The translations under genes were made by a program, and so were the position numbers. Positions 11,651 to 20,340 of a stretch of DNA of 64,000 bases are shown here, piece after piece. The notes under the pieces are model-generated. The model was given only the letters and a program-made list of their open reading frames with translations, was not told where the DNA came from and ran no database searches. Each line of letters begins with the position of its first letter. The stretch's first letter is position 1. Source of the DNA: Syncephalis fuscata S228 (Eukaryota; Fungi; Zoopagomycota); assembly GCA_025786725.1 (NCBI GenBank), contig JAHLTZ010000004.1, forward strand, positions 62,001-126,000, read 5' to 3'.

Positions 11651-14482
11651 CTACTTAATGTCGAGTGGGTTTTGCCCGGTGGACCCAAAACCGTTATTAC
11701 CTCGTTGAGTATTAGATAATTGGTGAATTTCTTTTGCCGTTGGCGTAACGACAGGTGTTAGCACTAGTTGTGCTATTCTTTCGCCAGTTTTTATGGTGAC
11801 TGGCGTATCACTAATGTTGCATAATACAACATAAATGTTACCTCTGTAATCGGGGTCAATAGTACCTGTAATAACAATTAGTCCTTCTTTAAAAGCACGT
11901 CCGCTACGAGAACGAATGTCACCCATGTAACCGTTAGTAAATTCAATTGCTAAGTCAAGAGGTATTCTGACGCGCTGACTTGGCTGAATAGTACAATCAG
12001 TTGCTGAACTTAAATCATAACCTACGGAATGTTGAGTGGCGCGTGTAGGTGCTGTTGCTTTGTCGGATAGTCGTTTGTATAACAGTAAAGCGACAGCGTG
12101 TGTTTCGGTCACTGTAAACACATCTTGAGTATTATCTACAAAAGGTGGACGTGATAATGCATCTGCATTACGATTATGAGCTCCTTTCTTATAGACAATA
12201 GTTGGTCTAAATTCGGCGACTTGGAAAGCCCATCTGGCGAATTTACGATTAACTGGTTGATTGTTAGCGATAAATTCTAGTGCACGGTGGTCGGTTCTAA
12301 TTATAACTTCATTACTAAGTACGTAGTGTCGATATTTCTCTAACGCCCATATTACTGCTGCTGCTTCCAATTCTGTTGCTGTAGCTAGATTTCTTTCTTC
12401 TGGTCGTGTTGATCGACTAGCATATGCAATTGGGTGTTCTTCTTTATTATCACATTGTGATAATACGGCGCCGAGTCCGTCGTATGAGGCATCAACTTCT
12501 ATAATAAAAGGTCGTTTGAAGTCTGGATAAATTAAAACAGGTGCATTAATTAGTGCTTGTTTAATAGAATCGAATGACGTTTGTTGCGATGAAGTCCAAT
12601 TCCAATCTTCATCTTTCTGTAATAGCAGTCTTAATGGAGCAGTTAACTTAGCGAAATTAGGAACGAATCGGCGATAATATGAAGCTAATCCATGGAACGA
12701 ACGTAATTCGGTAACGTTTTTAGGTGCACGGCACTTTGCTACGGCCTGTACTTTAGCTTCATCAACTTTTAGGCCATCTTTGCCAGTCTTATATCCTAAA
12801 AATGCAATTTCTCTTTGACCAAATGTACATTTTGTTAGTTTTAATTTAAGTCCAGCTATTCGCAACCTTTCAAATGCTTCCTTAAGCCGTGTTAAATGTT
12901 CATCGAATGTAGATGCAAATACTTGTATGTCATCAAGATATACAAATACTGACACCCAAAGTAAACCTGAGTATACCTGATCCATTAATCTTTGAAATGT
13001 TGCCGGTGCATTTGTTAAACCAAATGGCATTACATTAAATTTGTAAGTTCCTTGCCGGGTAACAAATGTAGTCTTGTCCTTGTCTTCTTCTTTCATTTCA
13101 ACTTGCCAATAGCCTGATGCTAAATCTAAGGCAGAAAACCATGATGCTCCTCGCATTGAGTCGAATATTTCATCGATTCGCGGCAATGGGTATTCGTCTT
13201 TTCTAGTTACCGCATTTAATTTCCTATAGTCCACACAAAAACGAGTTGAGCCATCTTTCTTCTTTACTAAGACAACGGGAAAAGCCCATGGGCTACTGGA
13301 TGGCTTTATAACGCCTCGCTCTAACATTTCAGTAATTTCTTTTTCTAGAAATTCATTATCCGTTGGAGAATAATGGTATGATCGGCACTTGATTGGTTCG
13401 GCTGATCCAGTGTTGATCGAATGTTGTACGTAGGTGGTTTTTCCTAAATCTTTAGAATCCTTTGCAAATAAATCTCTATTATTCATTAGTATTTGCAGTA
13501 ATTTATGACGTTGTTCTTCTGTTAATTCTGCATCTAGTTGCTGTGACAATTCTTTTTCTGTTATTCCTGTATCTTCTTCCACCATTAATACTACCGGATC
13601 ATTGCTGTGTTTCTGAATTTCATTCAAGTGATTTTGAATATCAGTTCTATTCTTAATATTAGTTGGTTTGTTGTCCGTAGGTTCTATCCATCCTAATCTA
13701 GTTCCAACTGGTATTTCAATAGTTTGGTTAGTATTATTGATCAACGGTAATTGTAACCTTTTTTGTGAGCCATAGGCGAATAGTGGTGTAATACCAAATT
13801 GTAACAACGTAGACAAGTCAGCTTCAAATATTAAACATTGTTTGTTTTGTTGGTCAGGCTGATAGTTGGTCTGTCGTAGTGGCCATGATAACAAACCGTT
13901 TGCTGTGATGTGAATTGGTTTATCGTTACGAATTTCTAACTTTTGTGACTGCTTTTCTGCAACAGCCAATAGATTGTCAGTAATGTTTTCCATCCTCCAT
14001 ATTGATTGTGAAATTCTTTCCCCATTAATGGTAAGTTTAATTCGTCGTTTACCATGTGCTACCGTAGCGTTATAATCTTCTAACCATTCGTTGCTGACCA
14101 ATAACTCTAATCCATTTGCATTGATCACTGTAACATCTACCAATGCTGTATGATTACCAAATTGTACCTGTAATTGTTGTATTTCACCAACTGCTGGTAC
14201 TGTTGCTCCTGAAATTCCTCTGACATTAGTGGATGATGGATGAGTAATTTCGAGGCCTAATTGTTTCATTAGTTGATATCCAATTATGCATGATGTCGCG
14301 CCAGAATCTATAATAACAACAGTGTCGTGATCATTAATTTTGACTGCCGTTTTAGTTGGAGTTTTTCGCGTAACACCAAAAGCTGCGTATACATCTAATA
14401 AAAGAACTACTTCGTCAGGATCTTTTTCTTTTTGCGTAACTTGACCTGTTTGGGTTACGCCAGACAAAAATCCGTGTTGCAA
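11651..14482 (-). CDS. pol: Pol polyprotein: aspartic protease, reverse transcriptase, RNase H, dUTPase
   Basis: Protease IIDSGA; RT RFCVDYR, LPRID, MPFGL, YLDD; RNase H VDAS, ELE, RTDH, NADALSR; dUTPase GYDL, RSG, GTIDPDYRG, GERIAQL, RGNNGFGSTG. Lies in the -1 frame relative to gag. Confidence 0.97.
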   Translation of the reverse strand: MQHGFLSGVTQTGQVTQKEKDPDEVVLLLDVYAAFGVTRKTPTKTAVKINDHDTVVIIDSGATSCIIGYQLMKQLGLEITHPSSTNVRGISGATVPAVGEIQQLQVQFGNHTALVDVTVINANGLELLVSNEWLEDYNATVAHGKRRIKLTINGERISQSIWRMENITDNLLAVAEKQSQKLEIRNDKPIHITANGLLSWPLRQTNYQPDQQNKQCLIFEADLSTLLQFGITPLFAYGSQKRLQLPLINNTNQTIEIPVGTRLGWIEPTDNKPTNIKNRTDIQNHLNEIQKHSNDPVVLMVEEDTGITEKELSQQLDAELTEEQRHKLLQILMNNRDLFAKDSKDLGKTTYVQHSINTGSAEPIKCRSYHYSPTDNEFLEKEITEMLERGVIKPSSSPWAFPVVLVKKKDGSTRFCVDYRKLNAVTRKDEYPLPRIDEIFDSMRGASWFSALDLASGYWQVEMKEEDKDKTTFVTRQGTYKFNVMPFGLTNAPATFQRLMDQVYSGLLWVSVFVYLDDIQVFASTFDEHLTRLKEAFERLRIAGLKLKLTKCTFGQREIAFLGYKTGKDGLKVDEAKVQAVAKCRAPKNVTELRSFHGLASYYRRFVPNFAKLTAPLRLLLQKDEDWNWTSSQQTSFDSIKQALINAPVLIYPDFKRPFIIEVDASYDGLGAVLSQCDNKEEHPIAYASRSTRPEERNLATATELEAAAVIWALEKYRHYVLSNEVIIRTDHRALEFIANNQPVNRKFARWAFQVAEFRPTIVYKKGAHNRNADALSRPPFVDNTQDVFTVTETHAVALLLYKRLSDKATAPTRATQHSVGYDLSSATDCTIQPSQRVRIPLDLAIEFTNGYMGDIRSRSGRAFKEGLIVITGTIDPDYRGNIYVVLCNISDTPVTIKTGERIAQLVLTPVVTPTAKEIHQLSNTQRGNNGFGSTGQNPLDIK

Positions 14483-16161
14483 TGTTGGATGTAAACTGGG
14501 TCTTCTTCTTCTTGATATTCTTGTTCATCATGTTCTTCGTCTTCGTATTCTTCATCATGCTGTTCCGTAGTGGCTACATTAGCTGTTATTTCTTTCTTGT
14601 TGAATTTCTGTGGGCATTTGTTGGCAAAATGTCCGACAGTATTGCATTTATAACACGTTGGCTTCTTCTGTTCTGATGTTGTTGTTGTTATGCCGTCGTT
14701 CTTTGGTGTCGGTGCTTTCATGCGACCGTCGTTGTTGCCATACCGCGGAGCTATTTGTCGATTAGTGACCATCATTGGCTGTGATGCATATCGCGTTTTC
14801 TTTAGCGATTCGTATACCCATGGTTGCATGTAAATTGATACCACACTATTACGATTAAATGGTGATTTTTCAACTTGATCACAAGAGTATTCATATGGTA
14901 GACTACCATAAGCATCAATGTAAAATAGCTCAACTCTTTGTGCAATTCTAACAATTGAATCAAAACTATATTGTTGAATCTGGTATTCCATATCCATAAC
15001 ATCTAAACGGCTTAACAATTTTTCGCGTATTTCAGCAGGTAAGTTCTGTTTGTAATGCATGATTAAGTTAGCTTCGGATGTAGGTGCGTAATGTTCACAT
15101 CGTTTGTGTAACTCGCGTAATCTGTTAGCAAATGTTATCGTCGTATCTTTTCTTACGAATTTACAATTTTGATATAGCTGTTGCCATAAATACTTCATGT
15201 TAGCAGTGACGAAGTTAGTATGAAATTGGCCATAAAATGAGTTGTTAGTATATCTTTGTAAATCGTTACCATCTTTCCATTCGTGGATATATTCTTGTGC
15301 GTGATCGAACCATTGTAGTGCAGGTCCTTCTAGATATGACGATACTTGTATTAATTTATCGTGATCTGTCCATCCGTGTCTTCTAGCGCCTCGTTCAAAC
15401 TGTACTAGCCATAAAATTGGGTCTTCGTTTTGAACTGTTCCCTCAAATGGCAAAATATTACTATCTACTTTAGTGTAGTTTCGATAGTTTGACATTAATG
15501 CGCGATGGTCATACTCTTGATTATTAAATCTTGTTTGCGCTTGCTGATAGGTATATTCCTCTCTTCTTGTTGACATGGGTGGTGAATTGATATGGTGATT
15601 CAGTACACTTCTTGGGTCAGGAAGTATGGGCTGTGTGTTGATATGTGGTCTTGGACCGTAGTCTCTATTGAAGTTAGTAGTTGGCTGCTTTTCTTTCCTA
15701 CCTTTAATAATTAGATGCAGTTGTCTATCTACATCTTCAATAAATATTGGTTCTCTTTTCTTCTGCTCCATTCCGTCCGCTACCATATCCTTGATTCCAT
15801 CTCTTCCTAGATCTGCTGCCATTTGTCCTAAGAAATGAGCTAGTGATAGGACGAATCGTCCCATGTCTGCCTGGTCGCCTCCTTCGCACATGGATGCGAT
15901 TATAGAGCTCCATGCTAGGATTAACTCGTCTAGGCTGCTTGTGGAACTCATATTTTGCATGAATAATAATATTCTGCTGCAGAGTGTTTCTAGTTCTCTT
16001 GGGCCGTCTTTTATAAAAGCTAGGTTGTATACTTCATCGGCGTTACCGTCGATTAGTTGGCTAACAGTAAGATCAAGTGTATTCTTGTATTCTTGCATTG
16101 TCTTGCGTTTGGGTGGTCCAAGCGGTGGCCTTTTTAATGCGTCTTTATTTGGACCATCCAT
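14455..16161 (-). CDS. gag: Gag (capsid plus CCHC zinc knuckle)
   Basis: Retrotransposon gag motif DPILWLVQFE...GW...YLEGPALQWF and zinc knuckle CYKCNTVGHFANKC. First ATG at 16161; the TTG at 16242 overlaps the PBS. Confidence 0.93.
   Translation of the reverse strand: MDGPNKDALKRPPLGPPKRKTMQEYKNTLDLTVSQLIDGNADEVYNLAFIKDGPRELETLCSRILLFMQNMSSTSSLDELILAWSSIIASMCEGGDQADMGRFVLSLAHFLGQMAADLGRDGIKDMVADGMEQKKREPIFIEDVDRQLHLIIKGRKEKQPTTNFNRDYGPRPHINTQPILPDPRSVLNHHINSPPMSTRREEYTYQQAQTRFNNQEYDHRALMSNYRNYTKVDSNILPFEGTVQNEDPILWLVQFERGARRHGWTDHDKLIQVSSYLEGPALQWFDHAQEYIHEWKDGNDLQRYTNNSFYGQFHTNFVTANMKYLWQQLYQNCKFVRKDTTITFANRLRELHKRCEHYAPTSEANLIMHYKQNLPAEIREKLLSRLDVMDMEYQIQQYSFDSIVRIAQRVELFYIDAYGSLPYEYSCDQVEKSPFNRNSVVSIYMQPWVYESLKKTRYASQPMMVTNRQIAPRYGNNDGRMKAPTPKNDGITTTTSEQKKPTCYKCNTVGHFANKCPQKFNKKEITANVATTEQHDEEYEDEEHDEQEYQEEEDPVYIQHCNTDFCLA
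14467..14473 (-). other. Putative -1 ribosomal frameshift heptamer G_GAU_UUU
   Basis: acG GAT TTT tgt is in gag phase, 3 codons before the gag stop and inside the gag/pol overlap. Confidence 0.75.
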
Positions 16162-16223
16162 CGTACCATATCTGTTCTTGTAGTACCAGGAGATCTTTCG
16201 GGGTCGATAGACTTGTTTTACCA

Positions 16224-16241
16224 GTCTGGGTGGGCTCGCCA
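16224..16241 (-). other. Primer-binding site, probably tRNA-Arg type
   Basis: TGGCGAGCCCACCCAGAC starts 2 nt inside the 5' LTR. It is complementary to a tRNA 3' end ...GGCUCGCCA, as in eukaryotic tRNA-Arg(ACG); the tRNA identity is inferred. Confidence 0.75.
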
Positions 16242-16243
16242 AA

Positions 16244-16907
16244 TGTTACTATTCCACTAAGAGTAGAATAATAAACGGATTACTAATATTATGCTTGGTC
16301 TTGAGTGACCTATAATGTTAGTAATTAGTGTTATATAAGACTTACTTAATTGTTTTTATTAATAAAGATTATCAACCTTTAATTAATAATTTCTACAGAA
16401 GTAGAATAAATGACTAGAATATTGTTAGCTCAGATAAAAAGATCAGTTCAGTCTAGCAATCACTGCAAGACTGAAATGATCAAAAGGTTCAAAATTCAAA
16501 TAAAATAAAAAAGAATTTAAACCAAGATAAGATAATGTTTATTAAGATTAAAAATATGGTTGCCATTTTATAGCAAATGGTCTTGGATATTAGGAAGGAA
16601 GAACTTGAACGGCTTGTCTGTTCAATTTCTTCTTCCGGCAATATGGGGCTAGTTTTACTGTAATAAGTAATATGGAGCCGTGAATTGCAAGTATTTATAG
16701 GCGCTGTGTTTCTTGCCAAGAGTTAGAAACGATTGTAGTGTTGGGATCGTCGTGTCTTAACCGAAAGAATGGCCATCTTTTACTAGGACCCTGACTATTA
16801 CCAGAAATGGGAATAGTCACGTGATGAAGTTATTGCTAATTAAGTTTTCTACCAAATATGGTAAATAACGCAACTTACACCACAATTATACTGGTGAAAT
16901 AGTAACA
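16244..16907 (-). repeat. 5' LTR (664 bp)
   Basis: Direct repeat of 9671-10334. Contains TATAAATA at 16699-16692 and AATAAA signals. Confidence 0.97.
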
Positions 16908-18453
16908 ATATAAATATAAAATTAAATATAGCATAGTCACAATGGCCTACACATTGAAAATACAACTAGTCCTTTGTTAATGTGTCAAGCAATAAATCAA
17001 AAATGTAAAGAATTGAAAGACTCCAGCACAACACTATAATTTAATATGTATGTGTTGCTGGCAATTTATTTATTGTAACATTATGAGCCATTATAATTTA
17101 CAAAAGAACAAAGAAATTGATAAAAATTTAGTATAATAAAAATATATTGTTAATTTTATTTAAACTGTAACAGTGGGTAAAGGTATTCATTAACAGATTT
17201 TTGCCATCGCTATAAAAAAAGCGTTCTTCAACATTAGGCAAGCCAGTGAAGGTGAAAATGCTATATATATATATATATAATTAGCTGATGTTCTTAAAGA
17301 TGTCTATACTATATTGTTACGTTTTTAACTAAATAAATTGCAACTTAGATGGCCATGTAACACATTATCTTTGCGCTATACTATAATATTAGTTTCTGAT
17401 ACTTATTAGCGCTTATATTAACGTTCAGAATACAGTATGTTGGTTGGTTATATTAATCCGGTAACTATTAAATAACTTGTATGGCATTAATTACAAATAA
17501 GATTGAATTAAAAACGATTGTTCTTTTATTAATATTAAATAAGCTATCATTGCACAGTAAACATAACTAATAAAATAATTTAAATGATTTGTACCCTTTC
17601 ATCATTAATATAACATATTATTTCATGCAACTGTTTATATGTTTATAATAATAGGTAGCTACTCGGCACATCGTCGCAATAGCTCTTTGCTGCTAGTAAC
17701 TAGACCGATATCCGATATACATATTATTATTGTAACCAATCAAATGCGACTTTACCAGATCATCCAATCACATTATGTATTTTTAGTCTCATTTTCACAG
17801 GACCATGTCCATAATATCAAGATAGTGACGCTGTAATAAACGTTTGTTACAATATACAAAGTCTAAAACTATGCTACCATTATTAAATTGTGTTGCTTAA
17901 CCAATAGGTCGGAGTAAGTTTCAGAATTACATATTCAGTCTATTTATAGTAGAATAAAAGTATGTTTTACTTATGCATTATGTATTGTCTTTCAAACGAA
18001 AAGTATTTACATTGTCTTTGGTAAACCTGTAACAATGTATTTAAATATAATATGTATCTCAACAAAATCAAACTATGCCAAATAAATTCGAATACAACTG
18101 AATTAACAAATATGTGTTTCTGTTATACTGATATATACACCGATTATTGCTAAAACGGCACATTTGTCCTACTGTCAGCATGGTTGTCATGGATGAAAAC
18201 TTTTTTCTTGGCATTAAATTATAACAATTGAGTATTTGGCCAAATTTGTTTACATTTAAAACATGGCAATTGTTTACTTGTATATGGTTTATAGGCAACG
18301 CCTATTGACATCAGCACAAGTCAGCAACTAAACGGGTCTTTTTAGAATTCCATTTGATAGCCAACCCATGAATGGATGTCAATTTCCGACAATTGTGTAC
18401 AACACTCCGACGATAGTTTTCCAAGAGAGTGCAAATGTACGCATTTGCATATC

Positions 18454-18500
18454 CACACACACACACACACACACACACTCACTCACGCACGCACGCGCAC
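18454..18500. repeat. (CA)n microsatellite
   Basis: Visible dinucleotide run. Confidence 0.9.
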
Positions 18501-20340
18501 CCACGAATACCAAAGTTATAAGCCTATATTATTAGTCTTCTCTCTTTTCTTCTCCTATACACACACACACGTATTTTTCACTTGCCATCACTTAGCCAGA
18601 GGCTACTACTTACCACTTATTACTACTTTATACCACTACTACACCATTTATTTTATTCGCATATATACGCTACTGCTAATTAGCCCATACGCCAATATCG
18701 GCGTTTTCTTAGGTAAGAATCTTTTTATTGTTTTGATGGAATCTAGTTGTGCATGGCATGTACATTGCTCGTCTGGTGCTTGTAACAGCAGTCGCGGTGT
18801 ATTTGCTTGCAATCTGTCCTTGCGTATACAAACAGATATTGGTATCTACGCACGTACATAAACATGTACAGTACAATACATTCTAATATTCCCTCCTTTT
18901 TGCAACTGTTGGCATTTACTTGCATATGCACACTATTGTGTCTTTGCTATTATACACAGCGTTTTATATTGGATGACGGCGAATTCCCCGGGATAATAAT
19001 GCCATTATTTGCAGAATACCAGTGTATCCTATTTTACAGCCATATTGTTATACTTTTGAATACAAACGCTGTTTGAATACACACACATGCATCCACGTGC
19101 TATGCCATGTTGACCGGTTCTAAGCAAATTTATCTTCATGGATGTGCATAATGCGATGATAACATGCCCCTCAAAATTGATCCGCCTATACGCATTCGCT
19201 CTACTGAAGCCTCTCTTTCCCCTCTTCTCTCTTGCTCTCTCGCTCTCTCTCTGTTCTCCTCTGCTCTCCTCTGCTCTGTGGCCTGTCTGTCCGTCTTGTC
19301 CTCACACATCCTTACACGTTGATTTTGGACACTTCTTCGTCCTGTGGCCTGTTAGACTAGGTTATACAACAACAGCAGCAGCAGCAGCACAACAACGCCC
19401 CTCGTTCCTACCTTGTCTTGTTTTTCCCTAAAGCTACTATCTCTTTCTCTATTTGCCTTTGTTACAGTCCATCTTTGGCAGTGTGTCTGCTCTTTGATTC
19501 CTTTTTTATCACCATTATTGTCCGTCTATTTGTCTATTGTTGACACCGACACATGTCGCAATAATTGGTATTAATATTCGTTGTAGTTTGTGCGAGTTAC
19601 GCTGTTCATTCGTTCAAACGAATTATCCGCGATAATATACACCGCAGGTAGCCGGTGTTTTGAACGTGCATGTACGTCGGTGTATACATGAATACACTGT
19701 AGTAGTGATTAATTATTCAATTAAACTAACATTATATATTGCTAAATTGTACAGAACACGATAGGCAACAGGGTGTGCATCGTCGTTCGATAATTGCATA
19801 CACATATTGACGTGCCGTTCTACTGCCTAGTAAGTGATTAAATAAATCAGTATTATAATATATATATATATCAAATTTATGGTACTGGTTGATTGACACG
19901 CTGTTTTAATCTATAATTAGGTGCAGGCATATTACGCGATTTTGTGAACGCTCACGACCAATTTTCTTTATTTTTGCTTAAGCATACTTACACAACAGCG
20001 ACACACACACAAAAATATAAACGCACACCACACACACAAAAACATACACACAAACACATACGTACACAGTTAATTGGTTTAAAAGGTAAGGTTTATTAAT
20101 CATTTTGATTGATGATGCATAGTTTTACGTATATCTACACACCTTCATGGATGCACGTGTAACTAAGATGGTCAAGTGACAAAGTTATTTTTGGCCTGTT
20201 ACACCACAGTGCTGTATTTAATCATTGCCATCACGGCTTGGAACTGATCAATGGCGCCATAATGATAACAACTTTCTAATTAGCATATGTGTATCTATCT
20301 ATTTATTTATTTGTTTGTTATGCTTGATAGGCGATAAGCA

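Larger units (their letters stand above)
9671..16907 (-). mobile_element. Full-length Ty3/gypsy LTR retrotransposon (gag; PR-RT-RH-dUTPase; separate integrase ORF)
   Basis: Two 664-bp direct repeats with TG...CA ends, 4-bp TSD ATAT (9667-9670 and 16908-16911), PBS, PPT and three long uninterrupted ORFs. Confidence 0.98.

Noticed and set aside
11389-11688. Alternative-frame ORF bridging dUTPase and integrase
   Set aside because: Fusing Pol and IN through it would need two compensating frameshifts, and its peptide has no motifs.
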